Shown here: positions 29,732 to 39,256 of the stretch, in pieces | How positions within the stretch are numbered: the stretch's first letter is position 1 | Layout: every line of letters starts with the position of its first letter | Source: Enterobacteria phage IME10 | Direction: 5' to 3' (one strand) | Sequence record: NC_019501.1 | DNA: 39,646 nucleotides | Made by a program: the position numbers and the translations under genes | Notes under the pieces: model-generated | The model's input: the letters and a program-made list of their open reading frames with translations, nothing else | What the model was told of the DNA's origin: nothing | Database searches by the model: none

Positions 29732-31063
29732 ATGGCTACTTGGCAAGGAACAAACGGCGGATTGTTGGCTGGTATCGGCGGCGTCAACTCAAACGCTCCG
29801 AGCGTAAATGACATCGGCAATACGCTTCAGCTTATCAGGCAGAACAATGATATTGAGCGTTCAGGCGCTAACAATGTTGGGCTGACTGCTTTGCAAGGCC
29901 TTTCAGGTATTGCGGGGGTGTTTCAGCAGGAAAAGCAGGCTCAGCGGCAGAAAGAATTTCAGCAGGCATACGCTAATGCTTATGCGTCTGGTGATCGCGG
30001 TGCTTTGCGTCAGTTGGCTACTCAATATCCAGACCAGATTGAATCCGTTCGTAAAGGCATGGGATTCATTGATGAAGAGCAGCGTAATTCTATCGGCACC
30101 TTAGCAGCTGGCGCACGCCTTGCGTCATCGTCTCCAGAAGCAATGCAATCATGGCTGCAAAACAACGCCGGTGAGTTAGATCGTGTTGGCGTTAATCCTC
30201 ATGACGTCGCTCAGATGTACCAACAGAACCCGCGGCAGTTCGGCGAATTTGTCGATCACCTGGGGATGAACAGTCTCGGGCCCGAAAAATACTTTGACCT
30301 ACAGGATAAAATGCAGGGTCGCCAGGTTACCATGCGCGGTCAGGATCTGGATTCGCAAACCGCCGCTCGGAATCAGGCAATCACAATGCGCGGACAAGAT
30401 ATCCAGGCGGATTTAGGTCAGCAGCGCATTAATCTGGACGCAGAAACAAACCGCATTAACAACGAAAATAAGCGCCTTGACCGGATGCTATCAGCAGAAA
30501 CTAACGACCTGAAGCGCCAGGAAATACAGAGCCGCATAGCAGCCAACAACCAGCAGTTGCAGCAGAAGCAGCAAGCGCTAAATGATGGCTACAAAGACGG
30601 CATCAACACCCTCACAACCAGCATGTTCACTCTGAACGATATCGTTAGTTCTCCTTCACTTAAGAGCATTACAGGCTTACGTGGAGTAATCCCCAACGTT
30701 CCAGGCTCACAGGCTGCAGACACTCAGGCACGACTTGATACCTTTAAATCACAAGCATACCTGACAGCGGTTCAGGCCATGCGAGGCATGGGCGCACTTT
30801 CTGATGCCGAGGGCAAAAAGCTCGACCAGGCTGTTGGTTCGCTGCAGAACTCGCAGAGCGAGGAGTCCTTTCGTCGCAACGCTGGCGTCATCCTGAACAC
30901 GCTCAACCAGAAGCGTAATGAGGCGGTTGGTAAGTACGTTCAGCAAAACGGTATCAAGCGAGTGGAAGCGCCTCAGGCTTCTATAGATTACCTGAAGCAG
31001 CACCCCGAGCTGTCAATCGACTTCATTAATCGCTACGGATATCTTCCATCTTTGGGGCAGTAA
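29732..31063 (+). CDS. Ejection protein, gp20-like
   Basis: 443 aa, Gln-rich; synteny with P22 gene 20. Confidence 0.7.
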   Translation: MATWQGTNGGLLAGIGGVNSNAPSVNDIGNTLQLIRQNNDIERSGANNVGLTALQGLSGIAGVFQQEKQAQRQKEFQQAYANAYASGDRGALRQLATQYPDQIESVRKGMGFIDEEQRNSIGTLAAGARLASSSPEAMQSWLQNNAGELDRVGVNPHDVAQMYQQNPRQFGEFVDHLGMNSLGPEKYFDLQDKMQGRQVTMRGQDLDSQTAARNQAITMRGQDIQADLGQQRINLDAETNRINNENKRLDRMLSAETNDLKRQEIQSRIAANNQQLQQKQQALNDGYKDGINTLTTSMFTLNDIVSSPSLKSITGLRGVIPNVPGSQAADTQARLDTFKSQAYLTAVQAMRGMGALSDAEGKKLDQAVGSLQNSQSEESFRRNAGVILNTLNQKRNEAVGKYVQQNGIKRVEAPQASIDYLKQHPELSIDFINRYGYLPSLGQ

Positions 31064-33457
31064 ATGGCTAATTACCGTGATTTGTTAGAGCAGGCTGGCG
31101 CACGTTACGGTGTGCCAGAAGGGTTGATGACTGCACTGGGTGCCAAGGAGTCTTCTTACAACCCTGCCGCAGTAAGCTCCGCCGGGGCTGTAGGATTGAC
31201 TCAGGTCATGCCTGGGACATGGCGTGATATGGGTTATACCGATGAGCAAATGCAAAACCCCGAATATCAGGCTGACGCTGGCGCGCGCTATCTGGCAAAG
31301 ATGTACCAGCAGTTTGGTAACTGGCGTGACGCTCTTCAGGCTTATCACGACGGTCCCGGCAACGTTATGAAGGCAAAGCGTGGTGAATATACGCCAGGAC
31401 CTGAAGGCCGCGGTTACGTTGATGATCGCTTTGCTCAATGGGCGGGTGACCCGGTGACAGACTCAACAGTCGAACAGCGCGCCACCTCTGCAAAGGTACA
31501 TCCTCAGCAAGACCCTAACAACCCGTTTGCACAACTGGAAGCACAGTCATCCGAACAAGTATCGGCATCAGGCGTGCAGTCAGACCCAAATAATCCATTT
31601 GCTCAGATTGAGCAGCAGGCAGCCAGTCAGCAGCCACCTCAACCCGTAAGTTCTGTCGCACCGAAACCTGTTCAGCAGCAAGGCGGAATAATGTCTGACC
31701 TTGGTAATGGACTTGCTGAAACCGGGCGCGGCTTACTACAGGCAGGAATCAACGTAGCGAACATACCTGCTGAACTCACTGATGCTGTAACAAGCGCGGC
31801 GGCTTGGGCTGGCGGTAAACTCGGCATTGGCGATGGTACATATCAACCAGCGCCACGAGTAACAACGCAGGGATTAGAGCAGGACTTTGGCCTTCAGCAA
31901 GGCGCGCTGACTCCACAAACGACAGAGGGCAGGGTGTTTGCTGAAGCATTGCCTTACCTCACTCCTGCTGGCGTTGAGAGAGCGGCAGCACAGGCACCAA
32001 CACTTGCTGGTCGAATTGCTCAGGGGGCAACTCGCCTTCTAGCAGAAAACGCAGTTGGATCACTTGCTGAAAATAGTGCGAAAGATGATGCGGAAGCACT
32101 CGCCACCGATTTAGGCGTTGGTGTGCTGGCTGGCGGTGCTATTAACGCTGCCGGACGTGGATTAGGTGCTGCTTATCGTGGCGTTCGTGGTGCTATTGCG
32201 CCAGAAGCGCAGCAGGCTATCAGATTTGCAGAGCGTGAAGGAGTTCCTCTGCACACCACAGACCTGTTACAGCCTACTTCCCGGGTCGGAAAAATGGCGC
32301 AGACTACAGCAGAAAATATCCCTCTGGCTGGCACAAGCGGAATGAGAGCAACGCAACAGGAAGCGAGAAGCCAGTTGGTGCAGAGATTTGCTGATAAATT
32401 CGGCGAGTACGATCCGGCAGTTGTTATTGACAGCCTTAAAGCGAAAACATCAGGAATTCGTCGTGCTGCAGGGAGCCGTCTTGAGCAGGTTCAGAATGCA
32501 ATGGCGGGAGTCAATATACAGCCTGCGCGAGCAATTCAGCAGATTGATACTGAGATATCTAATCTGCAGAAGCTTGGTAAGGTAGCTGATAACGAGACAA
32601 TTTCAAAACTTCAGTCATATCGTGATGAGCTTGTTCGCAATGCTGGCCCTGATGGTCCGGTAAATCTGGATTTGAAGCAATTAAGCGACCTGCGCAGCCA
32701 GTTCAGAATGGACGTGAAGGGTGAGCGACCAGTGTTACCAAACCGTTCCGATGCCGCCATTCAGCGCGTTTACAAGGCAATGACTGACGATATCAATGGT
32801 GCCATTGGTCAGAATCTTGGCAACGATACTCTCCGTAAATATCAGCAGGCCAATGCCGTCTATGCTGACGAAGCGGCGAAACTAAAGAATACCAGGCTGA
32901 AGAATGTTCTCATGAAAGGCGACCTGACGCCGGAAGTTGTCAACAACATGCTATTCAGCAAGAACAAATCGGAAATTAAGACGCTGTATAACTCAGTTGG
33001 TCGCGTTGGCAGGGCGCAAATGCGCAATGGCATCATTGGAAAGGCGATGGAGAAATCAGGTGGTTCCCCTGACCAGTTCCTTCGGCAGCTTAATATTCTG
33101 CAAAACCAGACTGGCATCACATTTAAGGGGCAGGACGCTGCTTATCTGAAAGGATTAAAAAACTACCTGCAATCCACGCAGCAGGCAGCAAAAGCGGCAG
33201 TAACAACACCAACAGGGCAGCAAACCATCCCGTTTATTATCGGGTATGGGACGGCAATGAACCCGGCGACAACTGGCGCAGCAGTAAGCTACGGACTTCT
33301 TACTCGCGCCTATGAGAGCGAGCCATTCAGAAATGCAATGCTCCGAATGGCAAACACCCCACGCGGTTCAACAGCGTTTGAGAAAGCCATGCAGCAGGCA
33401 CAAAAGGCAATTAACGCTATGACGCAGGGGGCTAAGTCTGATGCGTTGTCAGAATAG
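31064..33457 (+). CDS. Ejection protein (gp16 position) with an N-terminal lytic transglycosylase (SLT) domain
   Basis: 797 aa. N-terminal 100 aa carry the SLT signature (GAKESSYNPAAVSSAGAVGLTQVMPGTW); the remainder is Ala/Gln-rich. Confidence 0.75.
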   Translation: MANYRDLLEQAGARYGVPEGLMTALGAKESSYNPAAVSSAGAVGLTQVMPGTWRDMGYTDEQMQNPEYQADAGARYLAKMYQQFGNWRDALQAYHDGPGNVMKAKRGEYTPGPEGRGYVDDRFAQWAGDPVTDSTVEQRATSAKVHPQQDPNNPFAQLEAQSSEQVSASGVQSDPNNPFAQIEQQAASQQPPQPVSSVAPKPVQQQGGIMSDLGNGLAETGRGLLQAGINVANIPAELTDAVTSAAAWAGGKLGIGDGTYQPAPRVTTQGLEQDFGLQQGALTPQTTEGRVFAEALPYLTPAGVERAAAQAPTLAGRIAQGATRLLAENAVGSLAENSAKDDAEALATDLGVGVLAGGAINAAGRGLGAAYRGVRGAIAPEAQQAIRFAEREGVPLHTTDLLQPTSRVGKMAQTTAENIPLAGTSGMRATQQEARSQLVQRFADKFGEYDPAVVIDSLKAKTSGIRRAAGSRLEQVQNAMAGVNIQPARAIQQIDTEISNLQKLGKVADNETISKLQSYRDELVRNAGPDGPVNLDLKQLSDLRSQFRMDVKGERPVLPNRSDAAIQRVYKAMTDDINGAIGQNLGNDTLRKYQQANAVYADEAAKLKNTRLKNVLMKGDLTPEVVNNMLFSKNKSEIKTLYNSVGRVGRAQMRNGIIGKAMEKSGGSPDQFLRQLNILQNQTGITFKGQDAAYLKGLKNYLQSTQQAAKAAVTTPTGQQTIPFIIGYGTAMNPATTGAAVSYGLLTRAYESEPFRNAMLRMANTPRGSTAFEKAMQQAQKAINAMTQGAKSDALSE

Positions 33458-33546
33458 CTTTTCAAACACCAGGAACGTGCAAAAACCAAATATGTAGAAC
33501 GCAATATTCAGCATATCTCTTTGCATAAATCCTCCGTAACTGATGG

Positions 33547-33807
33547 TTAGCTACTGTCTTTTTTATATAGCTTCTTGAGCGTATCAAAGACAATTTTCTT
33601 AACCATATCAGATTGTTGTTCTGCCATACGCTCTGCATCGTCAATGTAAACTGATGCAGAGCTTTGTTTATCCAATGATTCTTCAATCGCTGCAATTATC
33701 TCTGAGTTCAGCGACCTGTTATTCATCTTCGCGCGCTGTTTAATTTTCGCGTGGAGTTCATGCGGAAGTCTCAAGTGAAACTGCGCCTCGTCGTATTTGC
33801 TGTACAT
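33547..33807 (-). CDS. mnt: Mnt-like ribbon-helix-helix repressor
   Basis: Track ORF 33547..33840 trimmed to the ATG at 33807. Matches P22 Mnt as remembered, especially the C-terminus (DAERMAEQQSDMVKKIVFDTLKKLYKK). Confidence 0.8.
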   Translation of the reverse strand: MYSKYDEAQFHLRLPHELHAKIKQRAKMNNRSLNSEIIAAIEESLDKQSSASVYIDDAERMAEQQSDMVKKIVFDTLKKLYKKDSS

Positions 33808-33880
33808 CCTTGATGCCTCACCAGTTGGGTGGAATGGCATCGTAACCTACTGGATAAATACTCAATAGTACCATTTCGGT

Positions 33881-33903
33881 ATGCAATCACATCATGATTG
33901 CAT
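33881..33903. promoter_or_regulatory. 9-5-9 inverted repeat ATGCAATCA-CATCA-TGATTGCAT between mnt and the tailspike
   Basis: Perfect 9-bp arms, 25 bp upstream of the tailspike ATG and divergent from mnt. Candidate operator. Confidence 0.4.
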
Positions 33904-33928
33904 CATATCATTCGTCTGGAGCAATGAA

Positions 33929-35749
33929 ATGTCAGATATCACCGCAAATGTTGTGGTAAGCATGCCTTCGCAACTATTCACTATGGCGCGTTCTTTTAAA
34001 GCCGTAGCCAATGGAAAAATTTATATCGGTAAAATTGACACTGACCCGGTAAATCCTGAAAACCAGATTCAGGTTTATGTGGAAAACGAAGACGGTTCTC
34101 ACGTTCCTGTTGCACAGCCAATCATCATTAACGCTGCTGGTTACCCTGTATATAATGGACAGATTGCCAAATTCGTAACTGTGCAAGGCCATTCGATGGC
34201 TGTATACGATGCGTATGGTGTGCAGCAGTTTTATTACCCGAATGTGCTGAAGTATGACCCTGATCAGTTGGAGCAACGATTGTCTTCACCTGGTGGCGCA
34301 GTGTATATAGGTGGCGTTGGTGGTGGAAATTTATCCCAAATAATAAATGCGGTATCTCCAGAACAGTTCGGAGCAGTAGGAGACGGATTCACTGATGATA
34401 TTGAAGCTCTCGATGCTTGCATGGCTTTTGCGAGAGAAAAACCATTAGACATTATATTTAGTAAGACATACGCAATTTCACGTCCTTATGTTATTTACAT
34501 GGGAAATAAAAAAAATCCTCGCCATATTGGTCAAGGGTCCATGGCGAAAATAATATTAACCACAACAACAAAATCTGGATTGGGTAGTGACTCATACGGT
34601 ACTGATTTGAATGTAAACGCAGCTGTTATTGTAGCCGCGATCACAGGTACAGGGCATAACCAACAACCCCAGAACTTTCGGTGGGAAAACATTGACCTTG
34701 ACACCACTGTAGATGCAGATTACGGCATGTACACGTCAAAAATGCAGTCCGCGGCAGTCAGTAATTTCAGGACGTATAATTTCAAGACAGGTATTCAGGA
34801 TAACGGTTCCTGGAATACGTTGTATGAAAACATTAAGATGTCTGCCCACTCCACCGTAGGTTTCCGTAAAAATGCTGGTACTAGTACTACTATCCGTAAC
34901 TGTTACGTAGAGAAATCGAAAGTTGGTTATCGTGTTTACAGCGGATACTCTCAGATTGAAGGGTGTGCATGCGACACTAGCACTGATGTCTCGTATTGGA
35001 TTGAAGGTAACCCAGTAGCTTTAAGTAGTGACAGCACGTTTTCTCTTGTGTCATGTGGCGCAGAGAATTCAGGGACGGCCGTGGTACGAATTACTGGGAC
35101 ACTAACAGCAAGTATTATCAACTTTCAATCATTTAATTGGTCACAACAGCAAGACCCGACACCAGATTGTTTCTTAGATATTCAGTCCAACACTGCTAGC
35201 ATTTCAGTTGAAGAGGTCAGATATCTTGGTGTTGCTCGCAGGATAAAAGACACTGGAACAAACAACACAGTTATCATAAGAAATATGACGACTCGTGGTA
35301 CAGATGTTAGAGATCAGGATACCTATCCAAATAGCACTAGAATTATTGAGCTTAATCATAACGGTGTGCGAGTAGCGACAGGTTACGATAAAAATGGGAT
35401 TTTGATCACTGAAGATAATATGACCGATTCAATCGGAAGTACTACATGGTCAAGGCTATTTAACAAACAAAAAATTTGGCGCTATAGGGGTATAGTAACA
35501 AGAACAAGCGGTCAGAGTTACGGAAGGTTACAGATCAATATTCCGTTCACTATGGCTGATAATAGTTATAGCGTTGCTATTACACCAGAAGTGTATCACA
35601 CCGATATGGCAACATATGGTTACCAATGTTCAGTAGGCCCAACTGATAAAACAACAACATCATTCTTCATCAACGTAAACTCTGGAACAGGTAACACGTC
35701 ATGGAACAGTATAGCTGTTGACGTAATTGTGATGGGGCTTTCTATCTAA
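33929..35749 (+). CDS. Tailspike protein with a conserved head-binding domain and a divergent receptor-binding domain
   Basis: Track ORF 33881..35749 trimmed to the ATG at 33929. N-terminal 110 aa or so match the P22/Sf6 tailspike head-binding domain as remembered; the rest is unrelated to P22 gp9. Confidence 0.9.
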   Translation: MSDITANVVVSMPSQLFTMARSFKAVANGKIYIGKIDTDPVNPENQIQVYVENEDGSHVPVAQPIIINAAGYPVYNGQIAKFVTVQGHSMAVYDAYGVQQFYYPNVLKYDPDQLEQRLSSPGGAVYIGGVGGGNLSQIINAVSPEQFGAVGDGFTDDIEALDACMAFAREKPLDIIFSKTYAISRPYVIYMGNKKNPRHIGQGSMAKIILTTTTKSGLGSDSYGTDLNVNAAVIVAAITGTGHNQQPQNFRWENIDLDTTVDADYGMYTSKMQSAAVSNFRTYNFKTGIQDNGSWNTLYENIKMSAHSTVGFRKNAGTSTTIRNCYVEKSKVGYRVYSGYSQIEGCACDTSTDVSYWIEGNPVALSSDSTFSLVSCGAENSGTAVVRITGTLTASIINFQSFNWSQQQDPTPDCFLDIQSNTASISVEEVRYLGVARRIKDTGTNNTVIIRNMTTRGTDVRDQDTYPNSTRIIELNHNGVRVATGYDKNGILITEDNMTDSIGSTTWSRLFNKQKIWRYRGIVTRTSGQSYGRLQINIPFTMADNSYSVAITPEVYHTDMATYGYQCSVGPTDKTTTSFFINVNSGTGNTSWNSIAVDVIVMGLSI

Positions 35750-35761
35750 TTAATGTGTTGC

Positions 35762-35797
35762 GATGGAATTGGCTAATGTGATATATGCAATTCCATC
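35762..35797. repeat. Stem-loop: 10-bp perfect inverted repeat GATGGAATTG / CAATTCCATC with a 16-nt spacer
   Basis: Lies 13 bp after the tailspike stop, at the edge of the AT-rich cargo region. Confidence 0.35.
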
Positions 35798-35993
35798 ACT
35801 TCATTGTATGCGGTTGATGACATGTGATATTTGTAATTAGATTAATAATAACTAAGTTTACTATACAGAAAGGAGGTTATATTGCTCTACTACATGGTAT
35901 GCCATGATATAAAATGTGATCTATATCTCAAGTTGCTTATTTATTATTTCCATGCTAAGATAAATTCCCGTTAATAATTATATTATATCTTCT

Positions 35994-37460
35994 ATGAGAA
36001 ATATGAAATTACTCTCAAAAAGACTAGTGGTAATTGTATGTTCTGTATTTATCCTTTCAATTATATTGTGCATACATTTAAGAAAGGGAAACTTTAACCT
36101 CAATAATATAAGTAGCGTACAAAATGCTAATGACATATCAACAACCAATAGTATATTGAATGATGATTTAGTGTTTTCCGAAAGATATGATTCCCTTTTT
36201 TATTACTTCGTGCATTCGTTTGTTAAATATTCTTCAGATGATTATGCTCTTGTTAATTATCCTGGGATGCTATCGACGAGTGGGAATAAGACAAACCAAG
36301 TTGAGGGTACGGCAAGGACGCTACCATTAATTGCTGCATGGGTTTATTCTGGAAGAGATTCAACCATTATCGTTAATGGTAATAAGTTAAATATAGTAGA
36401 TCTGATTAGGAGTAGTATATTGTCTGGAACTAATCCAAGTTCTGTAAACTATTGGGGGGATATACATGATTATGATCAGAGAATTTTAGAGGCCGCAGAT
36501 ATAGTAAGAGTCTTATGGCTTACAAAAAAAGAGATATGGAATCACTTAAAAGATAATGAAAAAAATCAGATAGCTTTGTGGCTGGAGCAAGCTGCATCGG
36601 CGAAAACTGTAAAAAACAATTGGCTACTAGCTCCATTCATAATTCAGAATTTTTTGCAGGATAATGGATATACAGTTAAGGTTAATTACAAAAATTACAC
36701 AGACTTTAAGAAAAACTATCTTGAACACGGATGGTTTAGAGATGGAAATGATGGAGAAGTAGATTTCTATAATACTTGGGGTATATCCTATGACTTATTC
36801 TGGATATCACTTATTACAGATTATGATAATGCTTTTATACTAAAAACACTATCTGAGTCGGCTGATTTCACTTCACATTTAATATCTAAAAATGGCATCC
36901 CGCTTGTTGGTAGAAGTATTTGCTACAGGACTGCAGCACCCACACCTGTTCTAATTGAAGGTCTATTAAAAAATGATGGATATCATCAAGGTTTAGCAAA
37001 ATCAGCATTAGACTATACGTGGAAATATTTTGCAAGCCACAATGCATTAGTATCAGATACATTATCAATGGGGTATTTTAATAATGACAAGCGCTTTGTT
37101 GATAATTATAGCGGGTCAGGAAGTTGCCTGTGGGGAATAAGGTCGTTAGTTGTCGCTTATATGAATGATAAAAAATCATATATCTGGAATGGGAAATATG
37201 AGAGATTGCCTATTGATAATTCTGATTTCATTATCAATGCAGATAAACTTGGTTGGATAGTTGAGGGTAATAAAGATAGTGGAGAGATAAGGGTTATTAT
37301 ACCTGCAAACGAAAAAAACTCACCAAAGATAAATGATACCAATAAACTTAAAGAAGTTATATGGAGAGTTCTTGGTAAAGCAGGAAGAACTAATCAACAT
37401 GACATTGAGTACCTAAAGCCATATTACTCATCACTAGAGCCTATATCTGACGTTGAGTGA
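35994..37460 (+). CDS. Hypothetical signal-anchored protein (488 aa), AT-rich cargo gene
   Basis: Track ORF (alternative start ATG 36003). N-terminal hydrophobic segment KRLVVIVCSVFILSIILCIHL, then an Asn/Lys/Tyr/Trp-rich domain. AT-rich codon usage unlike the rest of the window. Confidence 0.6.
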   Translation: MRNMKLLSKRLVVIVCSVFILSIILCIHLRKGNFNLNNISSVQNANDISTTNSILNDDLVFSERYDSLFYYFVHSFVKYSSDDYALVNYPGMLSTSGNKTNQVEGTARTLPLIAAWVYSGRDSTIIVNGNKLNIVDLIRSSILSGTNPSSVNYWGDIHDYDQRILEAADIVRVLWLTKKEIWNHLKDNEKNQIALWLEQAASAKTVKNNWLLAPFIIQNFLQDNGYTVKVNYKNYTDFKKNYLEHGWFRDGNDGEVDFYNTWGISYDLFWISLITDYDNAFILKTLSESADFTSHLISKNGIPLVGRSICYRTAAPTPVLIEGLLKNDGYHQGLAKSALDYTWKYFASHNALVSDTLSMGYFNNDKRFVDNYSGSGSCLWGIRSLVVAYMNDKKSYIWNGKYERLPIDNSDFIINADKLGWIVEGNKDSGEIRVIIPANEKNSPKINDTNKLKEVIWRVLGKAGRTNQHDIEYLKPYYSSLEPISDVE

Positions 37461-37493
37461 TAACTTTATATTAATTGTTATTTGACATATGTT

Positions 37494-37518
37494 TTAAGGT
37501 GGCATTATGCCACCTTTT
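37494..37518. terminator. Hairpin between the convergent cargo ORF and int (bidirectional terminator candidate)
   Basis: AAGGTGGCAT / ATGCCACCTT inverted repeat followed by TTTT; the int stop codon lies in the loop. Confidence 0.5.
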
Positions 37519-38662
37519 CATCAAGCCAGTCCGCCCACCACTGCATCATTTCTCTGCGCTTATCGAGATACTGAGCATGGTTGTAAATCCCACGCACAGA
37601 TCCGCCGTTGGCATGTGCCAGTTGCACTTCAATAGCGTCAGCAGGCCATTCGTGCTCGTTCATAATTGTGCTGAATTCATGCCTGAATCCGTGACCGCTT
37701 TCCAGACCCTCATAGCCGATTTGTTTGATCACAAGCAATACTGCGTTCTCGCAGATTGGCTTCTTCTTATCGTTGCGCCCGGCAAAAACAAACTCTGATA
37801 CTGGTTTAGTGATTGAGCTTAGTGTAGTGAGAAGTTCAACTACCTGGTCTGACATAGGAACCACATGAATTTTGCGTCCCTTCATCACACTGGCGTCAAT
37901 GGTGATAATCATGTTTTCAAAATCGACGTTCTTCCATTGCATGGAACGAAGCTCTTTTGTTCTGAGGGCTGTGTAGCGTAAAACTTTTGTCGCAATGAGC
38001 GATACGATACTTCCTGAAAATGTTGCAAGTGCTTTGTTGAATGCCGGGATCTGGTCGGCAGGAAGAAACGGGAAGTTCTTCTTGCGGTATCCCTTCATGG
38101 CGTCAGCAAGGTCAGGTGCCGGGTTATATTTAGCCCTGCCGGTGACAATAGCGTAACGGAAAACCTCGCCGCATCTTCTGCGTGCTTTGTTGGCTCGCTC
38201 CATTGCACCGCGATCTTCAAATCTGCGGATTACTTCCAGCAGTTGCATCGGCTCAATATCCAGAATCTCAAGGCCGCCGATGATAGGTAAAATGTCGTCA
38301 TCAAACATTTTTGCAAGTTCAGTCGCATACCCTACTGACCAGACTTGCTTCTTGTGCTCGTACCATTCCTTGTAAATCGCACTAAAGGAATTGTTGTTAG
38401 ACGAAGCCTTTTTCGCTTTTACCGGATCGATGCCAACCGAGATGTCTTTCCTCGCGGTCCATGCTTTATCTCTTGCCTCCTGCAAAGTCATTAGCGGATA
38501 TTTTCCTACGGTCAGGATTTTCTCCTTACCGTCAATCTTGTAGCGAAGCTGCCATACCTTTTTCCCTGACACAGGGACATAAAGGTACAGGCCATTACCA
38601 TCGAGTAGGCGGTATGGTTTTTCTTTCGGCTTTGCTGCTTCAATCTGCTTAACGGTGAGCAT
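37505..38662 (-). CDS. int: Tyrosine integrase (P4-type, with an N-terminal arm-binding domain)
   Basis: Track ORF 37505..38698 trimmed to the ATG at 38662 (MLTVKQIEAAKP...). Catalytic signatures HGFRHEF and GIYNHAQY. Confidence 0.9.
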   Translation of the reverse strand: MLTVKQIEAAKPKEKPYRLLDGNGLYLYVPVSGKKVWQLRYKIDGKEKILTVGKYPLMTLQEARDKAWTARKDISVGIDPVKAKKASSNNNSFSAIYKEWYEHKKQVWSVGYATELAKMFDDDILPIIGGLEILDIEPMQLLEVIRRFEDRGAMERANKARRRCGEVFRYAIVTGRAKYNPAPDLADAMKGYRKKNFPFLPADQIPAFNKALATFSGSIVSLIATKVLRYTALRTKELRSMQWKNVDFENMIITIDASVMKGRKIHVVPMSDQVVELLTTLSSITKPVSEFVFAGRNDKKKPICENAVLLVIKQIGYEGLESGHGFRHEFSTIMNEHEWPADAIEVQLAHANGGSVRGIYNHAQYLDKRREMMQWWADWLDEKVA

Positions 38663-38917
38663 GGGTAAAAATCCGGTGGGTAAAATTATTTTATCCACTT
38701 TTTACCCGTCATGGAGTGCGGCTGTCAACGATCTGAAGCGAACCATGACGAACTGTAAATCTACGGAAGGCTTGATATTCAGGGGATTTTGCGGACTGGT
38801 ACGGATGAGAGCGAACTGATAAATGGTGTCCCCTGCAGACATCTACTTGAAGCGGCAGGGGATTGATTGGAATGGTGTTTTTTAGATGTGAAAAAAATTT
38901 TACCCGCTATTTTACCC
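38663..38917. promoter_or_regulatory. Cluster of five GGGTAAAA / TTTTACCC repeats between xis and int (candidate integrase arm-type sites, attP region)
   Basis: Direct copies at 38663-38670 and 38678-38685; inverted copies at 38700-38707, 38898-38905 and 38910-38917. Also an 8-bp inverted repeat TCCCCTGC...GCAGGGGA at about 38829-38863. Confidence 0.4.
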
Positions 38918-39112
38918 ATTGGCGCGGCTTAAGAGCTTATTTTTGAATTCACAATGGTCACGATATAACCATCTTGCTCGCCCGTGGATAACTTTGGCTT
39001 TAGGCAGGTCCCCGGACTTAATCCGGTCATAGATGAAGGTTTTACCGAAGCCAGTATCGGCCATGATGAATTTCAAATCAACCAGTGAATCAGGCTGTAG
39101 TTCGTGTTGCAT
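38912..39112 (-). CDS. xis: Excisionase / AlpA-like small DNA-binding protein
   Basis: 66 aa basic protein upstream of and co-oriented with int, with a helix-turn-helix-like stretch (KFIMADTGFGKTFIYDRIKSGDLP) and GGAGA ribosome-binding site. Confidence 0.65.
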   Translation of the reverse strand: MQHELQPDSLVDLKFIMADTGFGKTFIYDRIKSGDLPKAKVIHGRARWLYRDHCEFKNKLLSRANG

Positions 39113-39156
39113 GAGTGCTATCTCCGAATAGGGAATCGAACCTGCAAATCAGGCAA

Positions 39157-39180
39157 TAAAAAAACCGCATTGATGCGGCG
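39157..39180 (-). terminator. Rho-independent terminator upstream of xis
   Basis: Minus strand has CCGCATCAATGCGG hairpin followed by T8. Confidence 0.45.
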
Positions 39181-39256
39181 ATGGTAGGTCTGGATATCTT
39201 GAGAAATGAACTGGCCTCATCGAGTGTGAGGCGGTGTGATTTCTTTATTTCCACTC

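Noticed and set aside
33462-33695. 77-aa minus-strand ORF overlapping mnt
   Set aside because: Alternative frame across the mnt coding region; the Mnt frame has clear homology and this one does not.
33458-33930. arc and ant (antirepressor) genes expected next to mnt
   Set aside because: No reading frame of suitable size or sequence lies between mnt and the tailspike; treated as genuinely absent, which is reported as a finding.
39125-39142. tRNA-like GGTTCGATTCC motif (minus strand) upstream of xis
   Set aside because: The flanking sequence does not form a T-arm or acceptor stem, so it is not an intact tRNA; at most a remnant, more likely coincidence.
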